DNA of 64,000 nt from Centroscyllium fabricii (Eukaryota): assembly GCA_051313645.2 (NCBI GenBank), contig JBNRSN020000011.1, positions 109,492,001 through 109,556,000 of the forward strand, in the 5' to 3' direction. Shown in pieces: positions 48,865-62,719 of this stretch. Under the pieces are notes generated by a model. The model was not told the origin of the DNA, did not search any database, and saw nothing but the letters and a program-made list of their open reading frames with translations. Each line of letters opens with the position of its first letter. The first letter of the stretch is position 1. Both the position numbers and the translations under genes were made by a program.

Positions 48865-51475
48865 AACATAGAAACATAGAAGATAGGAGCAGGAGTAGGC
48901 CATTTGGCCCCTCGAGCTTGCTCTGCCATTCAATGAGATTATGGCTGATCATCCAAATTCAGTATCCTGTTCCTGCCTTCTCTCCATATCCCTTGATCCC
49001 TTTAGCCTTAAGAAATATATCTAACTCCTTGAATATATTTAATGCATTGGCCTCTACTGCCTTCTGTGGTAAAGAATTCCACAGGTTCACCACTCTCTGG
49101 GTGAAGAAATTCCTCCTCATCTCTGTTCTAAATGGCTTACCCCTTATCTTTAGACTGCGATCCCTGGTTCTGGACTCCCGGCCATCGGGAACATCCTTCC
49201 AACATCTTGTCTGTCTAGTCCTGTTGGAATTTTATAAGTTTCAATGAGATGCCCTCTCATTCTACTAAACTCAAGCGAGTATAAGCCCGATCAACCCAAT
49301 CTCTCCTCATATGTCATTCCTGCCATCCCAGGTATCAGCCTGGTGAATCTTCGCTGCACTCCCTGCATGGCAAAAACATCCTTCCTCAGATAAGGCAACC
49401 AAAACTGCACACAATACTCAGGTGCGATCTCAACAAGGCCCTATACAACTGCAGCAAGACATCCTTGCTCCTGTACTCTAATCCTTTCGCTATGAAGGCC
49501 AACATACCATTTGCCTTCTTAACCGCCTGCTGCACCTGCATGCTTGCCTTCAGCAACTGGTGCACAAGGACACCCAGGTCTCGTTGCACGTCCCCTTCTC
49601 CCGATCAATTGCCGTTCAGATAATAATCCGCTTTCCTGTTTTTGCCACCAAAGTGGATAACCTCCCATTTATCCACATTATACTGCATCTGCCATGCTTC
49701 TGCCCAATCACCCAACCTGTCCAAATCATACTGGAGTTTCTCGGCATCCTCCTCACAGCACACACGCCCACCCAGCTTTGTGTCGACTGCAAACTTGGAG
49801 AAATTACATCGAGTTCCCTCGTCTACGTTATTAATATATATTGTGAATAGCTGGGGTCCTAGCACCGATTCCTGCGGTACCCCACTAGTCACTGCCTGCC
49901 ACTCGGAAAAAGACACGTTTATTCCAACTCTGCTTCCTGTCTGCCAACCAGTTCTCTATCCAAGTCAGTAACTTACCCCCAATCCCATGTGCTTTAACTT
50001 TACACACTAATCTCTTACGCGGGACCTTATCCAAAGCCTTCTGAAAGTCCAAATACACCACATCCACTGGTTCTCCCTTATCTATTCTACCAGTTACATC
50101 CTCAAAAAATTCCAGTCGATTGGTCAAGCACTATTTACCTTTTGTAAATACATGTTGACTTTGTCCAATCCCGTCACTGTTTTCCAAGTGTTCTGCTGTT
50201 GTATCTTTTATAATGAACTCTAGCATTTGCCCCACTACCGATGACAGGCTTACCAGTCTATAATTCCCCGTTTTCTCTCTACCACCCTTTTTTGAATAGT
50301 GGGGTTTCGTTAGCTACCCTCCAATCCATGGGAACTGTTCGAGCCTATAGAATTTTGGAAGATGACCAGCAATGCATCTACTATTTCTAGGGCCACTTCC
50401 TTAAGTACCCTAGGATGTAGATCATCAGGCCCTGGGAATTTATCGGCATTCAATCCCGTCAATTTCCCGAACACCATTTCCCTACAAAGACTGATTTAAT
50501 TCAGTTCCTCCCTCTCATTAGACCCTATGTTCCCAGACATCTCTGGGAGGTTATTTGTGTCCTCATTTGTGAAGACAGAACCAAAGTATGTATGTAATTG
50601 GTCTGCCAATTGTTTGTTCCCCATTATACCATTATAAATTCCCCGGATTCTGACTGCAAAGGACCTACGCTTGACTTCACCAATCTTTTTCTCCTCGCAT
50701 ATCTATAGAAACTTTTACAGTCAGTTTTTATGTTCCCTGCAAGCTTACTTTCATATACTATTTCCCCCCTCTTAATTAATCCCTTTGTCCTCCTTCGCTG
50801 AATCCTAAACTGCTCCCGATTCTCAGGTTTTCTGCTTTTTCTGGCCAATTTATATGTCCTCTCCTGGATCGTATGCTATCCCTAATTTTCCTAGTTAGCC
50901 ACGATTGAGTCACTTGTTTTGTTTTATTTTTATGCCAAATAGGGATGAACAAATTCTGTAGTTCATCCATGCAATCTTTAAATGTTTGCCATTGCCTATC
51001 CACTGTCAATCCTTTGAGTAACGTTCCCCAAGCCACCCTAGCCAACTCATGCCTCATACCATCGTAGTTTCCTTTATTTAAATTCAGGACCCTAGTCTCT
51101 GAGTCAATTACTTCACTCTCCATCTTAAAGAAGAATTCCAACATATCATGATCACTCCTCCCCAAGGGACCTCGCACAACAAGATTGCTAATTATTCCTT
51201 TCTCATTACATAATACCCAGTCTAAGATGGCCTGATCTCCAGTTGGTTCCTCGACATATTGATCCAGGAAACAATCCCGTATACACTCTAGGAATTTCTC
51301 CTCCACAGTATTGTTACTAATTTGGTTAGCCCAATCTATATGTAGATTAAAGTCACCCATGAGAACTGCTGTGCCCTTATTGCACCAGTCTCTAATTTCC
51401 CGTTTAATGCCAACCTCAGCATTACTGTTTCGGGAGTCTGTATACAAGTCCCACAAACGTTTTCTGCCCCTTGGT
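48865..51475 (-). mobile_element. CR1 LINE (endonuclease C-terminus through RT to tail), same subfamily as 20876-22195
   Basis: LMGDFNL...ILDWVL...GRSDHDM (APE), YLDFQKALDKVP, tail aacatagaaacatagaa at the left end. Confidence 0.92.
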
Positions 51476-52544
51476 AACACGTGGTGACACATGGAGGCTG
51501 CCCCCCCTCAAAAGAATCAAAAATCTTGAAATATAAAAATCACTTTGGTGACTTTATTCTCTCGGTTCCATCTCCCGCTTACTTCCATTTTCTGTAATGA
51601 CTACTGTTGCTAGCCTCATACTTAGTCATTCTTTGAGTCCCCAGACAGCATAGATAGCTCAAAGTTTTAAATTAAAAAAAGCATTTAAGCTATATATTGC
51701 ACAAATTTACCAGGATGATGCCAAAGATGGGAAATTATAGATAGGGAGGAGAAACTTGCAAAGGAAGACTATTTCCACTGGAGCAGAGAGAGTTAAAATT
51801 ATGATGGAATTTGATAAATTAATAGGGAAAGGCTATTTCTTCTCATTAGGGAGACAGTTACACCGAGTCATTACTGAAGAACAGTGTGAAGAGAAATGTT
51901 ATGAGAAGTTTATGCTGCAGCATAGAATGCTTTGCTACAGGTAATAGTTGATGCAGAGATCGTTGTATCTTTTGAAAGGAAAAAAGTGGACAAATATTTG
52001 AAGCACAGGATGGTGCAGAGCTATGGAGAGAAAGTAAATCAGCAGGACTAGCTCTGCAACATTTGGCCTCCTTCTGTGCCATATATGTCTACGTTCCATG
52101 AAATTTAATCTGCAATGTAAACAGATTCAGAATGCTATCCATACCACAAATTAATGGGTCTTTCTTTCTAAAATCCTAGAATCCACTGTTTCTTTTCTAT
52201 TTCTATGCCATTTTTCCTCTATCCACCAACCCAAAATCAAATGCTCACTGCACAAATCCCCAAATACTTACTTTCCCCATTACTTATTTCACCCCCTCAA
52301 CTACTCACCAACCCCCCACAACCTCTCACCCTCCCTATTCAGTGCAATGTCACAGCTATCAAATACACTCTCAAAGAATATTTTCCATAGCCATCACATT
52401 AATTGCTCCCACACTCATCTCAATTCCTTACAAATCAAATAATTTTCTTTCACAGTTAACATTATCTCAGCTACTGTATCCTATGTCACAACAAAATTAC
52501 TTAAAAGACAACATCCCCAGAAAACAAAAAGGGGGCAAGCACTT

Positions 52545-55050
52545 TGCTGTGAGTGTACTATAGACCCCCAAATCAGGGGGAGATCGAGGAACAGATATGT
52601 AGGCAAATCTCAGAGAAGTGTGGAAATAATAGGGTAATAATAGCAGGGGATTTCAACTTCTCCAATATTAACTGGGATAGTCAGAGTGTGAAAGGCTCAG
52701 AGGGTGCAGAATTCTTAAAGTGCATCCAGAAGAGATTTTTGAGCCAGCATGTAGAAAGTCCGACAAGAGAGGAGGCGAATGTGGCCGGGCATGTGGTAGA
52801 AGTGTCAGTGACAGTTTTGGTGACAGTGACCATAATTCGGTGAGATTTAAGGTAGTCATGGAAAAGGACAAAGATGGTCCAGAAATAAAGGTTCTAAATT
52901 GGGGGGGGGGGGGGGGGGCGATTTTAATATGATACAGCAGGATCTGCCAAAGTGGACTGGGATCAGCTACTTGTCGGAAAATCCACATCAGTGCAGTGGG
53001 AGTCTTTCAGAAAGGAGAGTACAACCAACATGTTCCTGTAAAGGTCAAGGGTGGGGCCAACAAGCCCAGGGAACCCTGGATGTCAAGGGATATACAAGAA
53101 TGGATTAGGGGGGAAAAGGGAGGCTTTTGGCAGATACAAAGGACTAAAAACAGTGGAAGCCCTAGAGTATAGAAAATGCAGAGGGGTACTTAAAAAAGAC
53201 ATTAGGAGAGTGAAGAGGGGGCATATAAAAACACTGGCAGGGGAAATCCCAAAGTGTTTTATAAGCATATTAAGGGCAAAAAGATAACCAGGGAAAGAGT
53301 AGGGCCCATTAGGGACCAAAGTGGCAATCTGTGTGTAGAGCCGGAAGATGAAGGTGATGTTTTAAATGAATATTTTGCATCTGTGTTCACTATGGAGAAG
53401 GACGATGTAGACATAGAAATCAGGCAGGGGGATTGTGAAATACCTGAACAAATTAGTATGGAGAGGGGGGAGGTACTAGCAGTTTTAGTGGGCTTAAAAA
53501 GTGGATAAAGCCCCAGGCCCTAACTGGATGTATCCCAGGCTGTTGTGTGGGGCAAGGGAGGAGATTGCAGGGGCTCTGACACAAATTTTCAGAACCTCTC
53601 TTGACCACAGGGGAGGTGCCAGAGGACTGGAGAACAGCTAATGTAGTACCATTGTTCACTAAGAGTAGCAGGGATAAATCAGGGAATTACAGGCCAGTGA
53701 GCCGAACATCAGTGGTAGGGAAATTATTGGAAAAAATTCTGAGGGACAGAATTAGTCTCCACTTGGAGAGGCAGGGATTAATCAGGGATAGTCAGCATGG
53801 CTTTGTCAGGGGGTGATCATGTCTGACCAATTTGATTGAATTTTGCAAGGGGATGATTAGGTGTGTGGATGAGAGTAGTGCAGTTGATGTGGTATACATG
53901 GATTTCAGTAAGGCTTTTGACAAGGTCCCACATGGGAGACTGGTCAAGAAGGTAAAAGCCCATGGGATCCAGGGCAATTTGGCACATTGGATCCAAAATT
54001 GGTTTAGTGGCAGGAGGCAGAGGGTGATAGTCGAAGGTTGTTTTTGTGACTGGAAGCCAGTGTCCAGTGGTGTACCGCAGGGATCGGTGCAGTGTCCTTT
54101 GCTGTTTGTAGTGTACATTAATGATTTCGATATGCATGTAGGAGGTATGATCAGTAAGTTCGCAGAGAACACGAAAATTGGTGGAGTGGTAAATAGTGAG
54201 GAAGGAAGCCTTAGGCTACAGGTCGATATAGATAGGTTGAACAGTGGCAAATGGAATTTAACCCTGAAAAATGTGAGGGGATGCATTTTGTGAGGACAAA
54301 AAAGGCAAAGGAATACACAATGAATGGTAGGATCCTAGGAAGGACAGAGGATCGGAGGGACCTTGGTGTGCATGTACATAGATCCCTGAAGGCAGCAGAA
54401 CAGGTAGATAAGGTGGTTAAAAAGGCATATGGGATACTTATATTCTATGCTTTGGCTAATAAAGGCAAGAACAGGGAGGTCATGATGAAGCAGTACAAAA
54501 TGTTGGTTAGGCCACAGCTGGAATACTGTGTGCAGTTCTGGTCACCACACTATAGGAGGGATGTGATTGCATTGGAGAGGGTGCAGAGGAGATTCACCAG
54601 GATGTTACCTGGGCTGCAGCACTTCAGCTATGAAGAGAGACTGGACAGGCTGGGGTTGTTTTCCCTAGAGCAGAGAAGGCGGAGGGGGGACCTGATTGAG
54701 GTGTACAAAAATATGAGGGGCACAGATATAAAGGAACTTTTCCCCTTAGTAGAGGGGTCAATAACCAGGAGGCATAGCTTCAAATAAGGGGCAGTAAGTT
54801 TAGAGGGGATTGGAGGGAAAACATTTTCACCCAGAGGGTGGTTGGAATCTGGAACACACTGCCTGAAAGGGTGGTAGAGGCAGGAACCCTCAACATTCAA
54901 GAAGCATTTAGGTGAGCACTTGAAACGCCATAGCATACAAGGCTATGGACCAAGTGCTGGAAAATGGGATTAGAATAGATAGGGCTTGATGGACGGCACG
55001 AACACGATGGGCCAAAGGGCCTCTTTCTATGCTGTATAACTATGACTCTG
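52545..55050 (+). mobile_element. Degenerate CR1 LINE
   Basis: YYRPPNQ, IIAGDFNF, GDSDHNSV, YMDFSKAFDKVPH, LVRPQLEYCVQFWSP. Tail ctatgactctgact. Confidence 0.92.
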
Positions 55051-57129
55051 ACTATCCTCACTAGTAGTGCCACAGGGGACACTAATATATCTATATTAAA
55101 ATAAAATAAAAAAGTTAACATCTGCATACAGTTCCTGTCAACCTTTTCTATAATAAATTAGATCCCACCATCGGAATCTACTAGTAAAAGTCTTGCGTCT
55201 GCATGCACTTGGTGTCAATTTTTTTCATTATAAAATCCTATGTTCACACTTATATCAACTACCTATGAAAATTTGTCACACTCTAATTACACCCCTTACC
55301 ATGGAAGGTGCTAAAGTGCTACCACTGGCAGAGGGAAGTAATCACAGTACAGTGTTGCAATGTTACATAGACAGTTTCCATTATAAATATGGATATAGAA
55401 ATTTACAATGAAAATATAAAAATAAGGACAGAATGTCTGACTTTAAAATAGGGACTGAATTGGATCTGCATGCCCTGTATTGCACACATTTTCCACAACT
55501 GTCACAATTACTCCTGTAACACGATGACTGGCTCAAAGCAGCAAATCTAAACTGTTGCAGTGGAGATTTTCAAGTGAGGAAGTAATTAGAATACTAATGA
55601 TTGGAAATAAAAAATAAACAAAGCTGCCACTGGTGTGTAAGCGGTACTGTCCATCATGTTTGAAGTGAGTTTCTGCCCATTTTCCTCTCATATATTGCCT
55701 CTGGATTTTAAAAAAAACACAATAAACTTCACCTGAATAAAGTGTCTGAAATGTGTCCTCTAACCTTCAAAATTATTTTTTAAAAATCCAAACAGGTACC
55801 GTTCGAGATAAAAAAGAAACATTTTTCTAGTTGGGCTGATAAAATGCTGATAACTCATTTTCTAAAATTATCAGGTTACAAGATCTGCTTTTAACAGGGT
55901 TATAGCTCTGAACAAAAATATAAAGTCTTAAATCTGGGCTTTTAAGAGAGGCAGAGGCCATGCAGTAAAATATTAATGTAGGTAGTCAAAGACACAAAAG
56001 ATAAATTAATAATTAAGTTTTAATTTATTGTGAAGTATATGATTTTTTAATTCAAGTTACAAACTTTGTTTAGAACATACAAATTTCAGTTTTAGAGACA
56101 AAATGGCAGTCACATTTTTTTTCAAGAAGCATTTTGAATGTGTCATATGGTTCACTGATTGGCAGGTTCTCCTGACTGATATTTATGGATTAGTTATTTT
56201 CATAGATTAGTTATTTTCATAACTCCATCGTAGTTTTATCTCTGTTCACTTGCCTTTGATTCGTACCCTCCTCACTGGTCAAGTTCTGGTTAATTGCCAT
56301 TTTACTTTTAGGCAATTAATAAAGTATGACAGGGAAAGTAGGATAGGGAAAGTACAAGGGGGAAAGTGTTAGACTTTTCATACATTATTAGATGTACTGC
56401 ACATGGGAAGGGAAAGTGGTAGCTCAGACTAGTTAATTACCTTCTCAGTACAGAAGAGAACCACTGCCAGGTGGCAAAACAGAAAGAGGGATTAATGTTA
56501 ATTCCAGCATGGTGGCAGAAAATTAAATAAGGATAAATACAGCTTGTGTAAAAACTAATCTCTGTGCAAAGTTTGGAAAAGTCACTGCATTGGCATTGTT
56601 TTTTTACCCAAATTTAACTAATTTCCCTTTTGATTTAGGGACGCTCCTAGAATCTGCTCAGTTTAAAGGAATACCCATAATTTCTCTGAAAGCGCAAAGG
56701 TTCTCTTCACAATAGTATTACAGGGGAGCAAGCAGCACTTAAAATCTTCCATAGGTGTGTCAAACAAGGCTGATGTCTTCAGCAAGTATAACCCAGCACT
56801 ACAAACTGCTACAGATCTGGTCCTCTCTGAACATGTGCTTAGATCCTCCTAGTATAGTTCTGAAAAGCCCAACATTGCCGTAGACCAAGAAGATACTAAA
56901 CTGTGCCAAGATAGAAGCATTAAGTTTTGCTCAGTGCAAAGCTTTCAAGTATTGCTAGGTGTACAATGGTGATCTTTGAGATAAACTCAGTCTTTTTAAA
57001 ACGCAGTACCGGGGAGAACAGAAGGTATAGGGCGGGGGGGGGGGGGGGGAAAGAGAGATACTTATAATATTCCCCAGTCAGTTTCAGCACACTGTGATGT
57101 TTCAAGAATCATGCATTTTAAAATCTTAC

Positions 57130-57335
57130 CAACTGTGTTAGTGTCTTCAACTACCACTTCCACGTTTCTGTCACGGTATTCCACTCTGAAGTTTAGCATT
57201 CTTGGTTGCCTTTCTACAATCGGCCTAGTTGGTAATATTGGGCAGAAAGCCGAAGAAGTGGAAGAGGAGGAAGAAGAGGGTTGGCTGGTAGGACCGTACA
57301 CTGGATCCTGTAACGTTTCACCACTAACAAACTCA
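57130..57335 (-). CDS. FAF1: FAS-associated factor 1 internal coding exon (linker and start of first ubiquitin-like domain; probably equivalent to human exon 4)
   Basis: Minus strand ttttcatctgtttgcAG|T GAG TTT...ACA GTT G|GTAAG. 206 bp, translates (S)EFVSGETLQDPVYGPTSQPSSSSSSTSSAFCPILPTRPIVERQPRMLNFRVEYRDRNVEVVVEDTNTV(G), matching recalled FAF1 RQIVERQPRMLDFRVEYRDRNVDVVLEDTCTVG. Confidence 0.95.
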
Positions 57336-58884
57336 CTGCAAACAGATGAAAAGAAATTTCAAACATAAACAAAAATGTTAAAACAAAATATTTTAAAATT
57401 TGTGCAGACCAACAGCTATGAGAAACTATTCTGAACCACAGAACTATCATTGGTTAATTTCACATATGGATAGCTGCTATGTAACAGGTTGTCTCCATCT
57501 TGTGCATTATAAATGTTGCCATCCCAATACATATGTTCCACATATAAATTGTTTCTGGGCAGCCAGGTGCAAAGCTGGTCATGGTTACCAACACACTACA
57601 AAATGGTAAAGCAGGATGTTGTGCTGCAATTTTTCAACTGCAAGTTTCCAACCCTGGCTCGCTGTGATTTTTTTAAAAATTATAAACCACAAACCATCAC
57701 AGGACCCACGCAAGAACAAAAATGTCATAAAATACTGTGAAACGAATAAAATCTTTTGCAATAAATGTAGAACCATTGAGACATGATAAACATTTTCAAG
57801 GACACAGGAACTTCAGCATTTTCACAATAAATTTTAAATCATGAGTCCACCTCCATTTCCTCTACCATATAATTTATTTTCATTGTAAGCACTTATCTGT
57901 GGGTCACGGATCTATGAATGGTGGAAAAATATTACAATGAAAATATTTAACTCTATTATACTTTGGTTTCTCCAGTTCACTTTAAAACAAAAGCTTGTTA
58001 CCAGTATCTAAAATGTTTGTCATCGGGTACATTGTATAGGAATGAGTCAATGAATACTACGTTGAACTCTTTCCCCTTTAAAGTACTAGAGTCAGAGTCA
58101 TAACAGCACAGGAGGCCCTTCGGCCCATCGAGTCCGTGCCTGCTCTCTGTCGAGCGATCCAGTCAGTCCCATTTCCCCGCTCTATCGTCGTAACCCTGCA
58201 AGTTTATTTCCCTCAAGTCCCTTCCAGTCTCCCCTTGAAAACATGGAGCGTCGCCACGTCCACCACTTCCGTCGGCAGCGAGTTCCAGGTCCTCATCACT
58301 CGCTGCGTAAAAAGGTTTTTCCTCGCGTCCCCGTCTCTCTTATCCAAAACCTTAAATCTGTGTCTCCTTGTCCTTGTACCATCAACTAGTGGGAACAGCC
58401 TTTCCCCGTCTAGCCTGTCCAAACCCATCATAATCTTGTACACTTCTATCAAATCACCCCGCAACCTCTTTTGCTCTAATGAAAACAAATCCAGCTTCTT
58501 CAACCTGTCCTTGTAGCTAAAATCCCTCAACCACGGAACCATTCTGGTAAACCGCCTCTGCACCCTCACATCCTTCCTAAAGTGTGGTGACCAGAACTGG
58601 ACGCAATACTCTAGTTGTGTCCTAACCAGCGCTTTATAAAGATTCAGCATAACTTCTCTATTTTTGTACTCTACTTTTGTACTCAATACCTCTATTTATG
58701 AAATCCAAGATCCCATATGCTTTGTTAACCACTCTCTCAGTATGTCCTGCCACCTTCAGGGACCTATGCACATTAACTCCCAGGTCCCCCTGTCCCTAAT
58801 GTGGAGGTGCCGGTGTTGGACTGGGGTGGACAAATGCAAGAAGTCACACAACACCAGATTATAGTCCAACGGTTTTATTTTAAA

Positions 58885-58922
58885 TCACAAGCTTTCGGAG
58901 CTTCTGCTCCTTCCTCAGGTGA
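58885..58922 (-). ncRNA. Minimal type I hammerhead ribozyme motif in a 154-bp Penelope-like insertion (58798-58951)
   Basis: UCAC-CUGAGGA-A-GGAGC-agaa-GCUCC-GAA-AGCU-U-GUGA: helix I, core, helix II and palindromic helix III. 11-bp TSD CCCCTGTCCCT at 58787-58797 and 58952-58962. Confidence 0.75.
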
Positions 58923-59340
58923 AAAAGAGACTGACTTAAAGAATGCACATGCCCCTGTCCCTGCACACTCTTTAAAACTGTGCCATTAAGGCTATATTGT
59001 CTCTCCCTGTTCCTTCTGCCAAAATGCATCACCTCACACTTCTCTATTAAATTTCAACTGCCACTTGTCTGCCCATACTGCAAGGCTTTCTATGTCCTGT
59101 TGCACTCGATTGGTAACATCCTCACTGTTCGCCACACCCAAGTTTGGAGTCATCAGCAAATTTAGAAATTCTACTCTATTCCAATATCCAGGTTACATAC
59201 ATATATTCCCAGCACTGACTATGGGGAACGCCACCGTCGACCATCCTCCAGTCTGAAAAACAGCCATTTACCACAACTTGCTGTTTTCGGTCCTTAAGCC
59301 AATTCCTTATCCAAGCTGTCACTGACCCAACTATTCCTTG

Positions 59341-59834
59341 GGTTTCCTCCGGTTTCCTCCCACAGTCCAAAGATGTGCGGGTTAGGTTGATTGGCCATAA
59401 TAAATTGACCCTTAGTGTTAGGGGGATTAAATATGTGGGGTTACGGGGATAGGGTGGGATATAGAAACATGGCAGGAGTAGGCCATTCGGCCCTTCGAGC
59501 CTGCTCTGCCATTCAATGAGATCATGGCTGATCATCCAAACCCAGTAACCCGTACCTGCCTTGTCCCCATATCCCTCGATCCCGCACCGACACACACCCC
59601 ACCCTATCCCCGTAACCCCATATATTCAATCCCCCTAACACTAAGGGTCAATTTATCATGGCCAATCAACCTAACCCGCACATCTTTGTGTCGGTGCAGG
59701 CTCGATAGAGCTATGGGGAGAGGGCAGGGGCGGGGTACTGGGTTTGGATGATCAGCCATGATCTCATTGAATGGCGGAGCAGGCTCGAAGGGCCAAATGG
59801 CCTACTCCTGCTCCTATCTTCTATGTTTCTATGT
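59341..59834 (+). mobile_element. 5'-truncated HE1-like SINE containing an antisense copy of the same SINE (~59460-59686)
   Basis: V-domain and tail on plus are split by the reverse-complement tail/V-domain. Outer TSD TTCCTTG at 59334-59340 and 59835-59841. Confidence 0.85.
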
Positions 59835-59876
59835 TTCCTTGAGCCTCAATTTTGTTAACCAGCCTTCTATGTGGTA

Positions 59877-60135
59877 TAACAACAGAAAATGCTGGAAAAA
59901 CTCAGCAGGCCAGGCAATATCCGTGGGGAGAGAAATAGAGTCAACGTTTCGGGTCGAAACCCTTCAACAGAACTGAGAGAGAAAGCAGGAAGTGAAACAA
60001 AAGGCAGTTTGGGGGCTGGGAAATGGGGGAGGGGATGAGAGAAGAGACAATAAGAGATATTCAAGGTGAGACAAAATAGTAATAAACAAACAATGGCTCC
60101 ATATGAAGTGCGAAATGCGATGGCAGAGTGAATGA
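59877..60135 (-). mobile_element. Penelope terminal fragment with degenerate hammerhead motif (59939-59974)
   Basis: Minus strand AGTT-CTGTTGA-AGGGT-ttcg-ACCC-GAAACGTT-GACT. Similar to 11148-11246. Confidence 0.72.
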
Positions 60136-60897
60136 CAGCTTTGTCAAACGCCTTTCTAAAATCGATGTCAACAACACCCATTGCATCCCCTTCATCATTC
60201 CTCCCTGTTACTTCATCAAAAAATTCATTTAGATTAGTCGTACACAATCTGCCATTTACAAATCATTGTTGGCTCTCTTTAATTAGCTTAAACCACTCCA
60301 CGTGCCCATTAATTGTTTGCTTGATTATTGTTTCTAAAACTTACCCACCACTGATGTTAAACTGACCGGCCTGTAGTTACCAGGATTGTCCTTACACCCT
60401 TTGAACAATGGTGTCACATTTACCACTTTCCAATCCACAGGCATCTCCCCAGCATCTAGGGAAGTTTGGAAAATTATGGCAAGCCCTTCCACTTTCTCCT
60501 CCCCCAATTCCCTTCGCAACCTGGGATGCAAGCCATCTGGACCAGGCGACTAATCCACTCCAAGCATACCCAGCCTGTCTAGTACATTCTGTCTTATCAA
60601 TTTTCACCCCTCCCATTGCTTCTACCTTCTCTGCTTCTACTGATGTTTTGTCAGCATCCACCTCCTTAGTGAACACCGATACAAAGTACTCGGAGCATTC
60701 TAGCCTTGCCCTGTGCCTCCAAGCATAGATCAACTTCTTTGTCCCGAATAGGCCCCACCCCGCCTCTTATTACCTGCTTACTGTTTACATACCGGTAGAT
60801 GATTTTTGGGTTCTCTTTTATGATAACTGCCATTCTACTCTCATATTCTCTCATGTTTGTAGCCATGGCTGACAGAACAACTGCTACTGATAATCCA

Positions 60898-61415
60898 AGA
60901 CTGCATAGTGTAGTGATTTAGACATGGGCTTTTCACCTCTGGAACCAAAGTTCAACTGATGGGATGAAAGTCATCTTTTGTGTGCTGGATGTATGGGTCC
61001 CATGTGAATATTATTTTGCCAGTCTCACTCAGAGAAGCCACAAGATGGTTGCTGTGGGAAATTAGAAATATCGCATTGGTGCAATACGAGGTGAACTTGA
61101 GGTTGGGGCAGAGGTATATTGTTGAAGAAAATTACAAAATTTCTATTCTACATTTAGTCATACTATAAGCATAGTACATTAAACCAAAGCCCTGATTAAT
61201 AGCTTAGATGAACATAAAAGATCGCATGCACTAGCCACAGAAGAGCTGGGAATTCTGTGTCCATGAAAACATTTATCCCTCAACCAACACCACTAAAAGC
61301 AGATTATCAAGTCATTCATTCTTTCATCTGTTGTTGAATGATCTTACTGTGTGTAAATTAGCTGCCACATTTTCCTACATAACATTGGCTGTATTTCAAA
61401 AATACTTCACTGACT
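60898..61415 (+). mobile_element. Ancient tRNA-derived SINE, head resembling LF-SINE, with L2-type tail
   Basis: GCTTTTCACCTCTGG...TTCAA...GAAAGTCAT...CCATGTGAA...GTCTCACTC resembles the LF-SINE consensus as recalled. Highly diverged. Confidence 0.45.
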
Positions 61416-61879
61416 CCCAAACCCATGACCACCACCACCTACAAAGACAAGGGCAGCAAGTGCATGCTGACATCATCAGCTCCAATTTCCTTTCCAAGTC
61501 ACATACCACCCTTGTATGCATATCCCCGTTTCTTCGTCATCGCTGGGTAAAAATCCTGAAATTCCCGACCTAACAGCACTGTCGAAGCACCTTCACCACA
61601 TGGACTGCATCAGTTCTGGAAGGCAGCCCGCCATCACCTTTTGATTGGCAACAAATGCAGGCCTTGCCAGTGACGCCCACATACCAAAAATTCATTAAAA
61701 CTATAAAATTACTTTGAGACTGAAGAACATGTTAGAGGATTATGTTATTTTTCCTTGTACAGTGAGCACGTTAGCTCGTTGAATACCTTTAGTACTTCAC
61801 TGTAATGCTGTATAAAGTTGAAAACAAATTTGATTTGAAAAATGTATTTAAAACAGCTACTTTACATATAACTAACACC

Positions 61880-62592
61880 GAGGAAGAATGCACCATTAGA
61901 AAACCTGCAGACTGGGCAGCGAATGGCAAATGGCAACAGATAAATGTGAGATGCAGCACTTTGGTAGAAAAAAAATAGAAACATGACCGGCACCTTGGAA
62001 AATAAAACACTGAATGGGGTGGAAGAGTAAATGGATCTAGGGATACAGGTGGACAAAGTAAAAACAGCATTGCAGGTCAGCTAAGCAATTAAAAATGCTA
62101 ACCAAACACAGATTTAATTCTAGGGCTTTAGAATTCAAAAGTAGAGAAGTTATGTTATGGGCCAAGGTTCCGAGCTGCACAGTAATGGGAAAGGTCCTGC
62201 GCAGGCTGCTCACGGGCTTCATCGTTGTAAATACCACGCATTCGTGGAAATTTAAAAGGGACTGCACACTACAAGAAACTGGCCATGCAGAACAAAGCGC
62301 AGCTTACAGGGAACGTTGTATAGGACCCTGATCAGGCTACACAGCTCTAGTCTCCATATAAAAAAGACATAGAAGCATTGGAAAAAGTGCAAATAAGATT
62401 TACCAGAATTGAGAGATTACAGATATTGGAAAAGATTGAACAGGTTGGGCCGGGGGGTTTCTATCGAAAAGAGCAGACTTGGAGCTCGCCTGACAGAAGT
62501 CTTTAAAATTATGAATGCGTTGGACAGGGTAGTTGTCGAGAGAATGTTTCCACTTGTGGAAGAATCTACAACGAGGGTCATAAATTCAAGCT
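61880..62592 (+). mobile_element. Very old CR1 3' fragment
   Basis: LTEVFKIMNALDRVVVERMFPLVEES. Confidence 0.7.
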
Positions 62593-62719
62593 AGTGCAAG
62601 AATATTGGGCATAGAAGTGAAATGGACATCTCTTGCTTGGCCATATTAACCATCCTCCATTCAATGTGAGAACATTTAAACCGACAGATGCTGACACAAG
62701 TCAGACATTAATCACAGAT

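Larger units (their letters stand above)
58088..60860 (-). mobile_element. CR1 LINE with nested Penelope fragments and SINEs
   Basis: LVRTQLEYCVQFWSPHF, DFRKAFDK, NYRPVSLTSVVGK. Interrupted at 58798, 59341 and ~59877. Confidence 0.85.
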
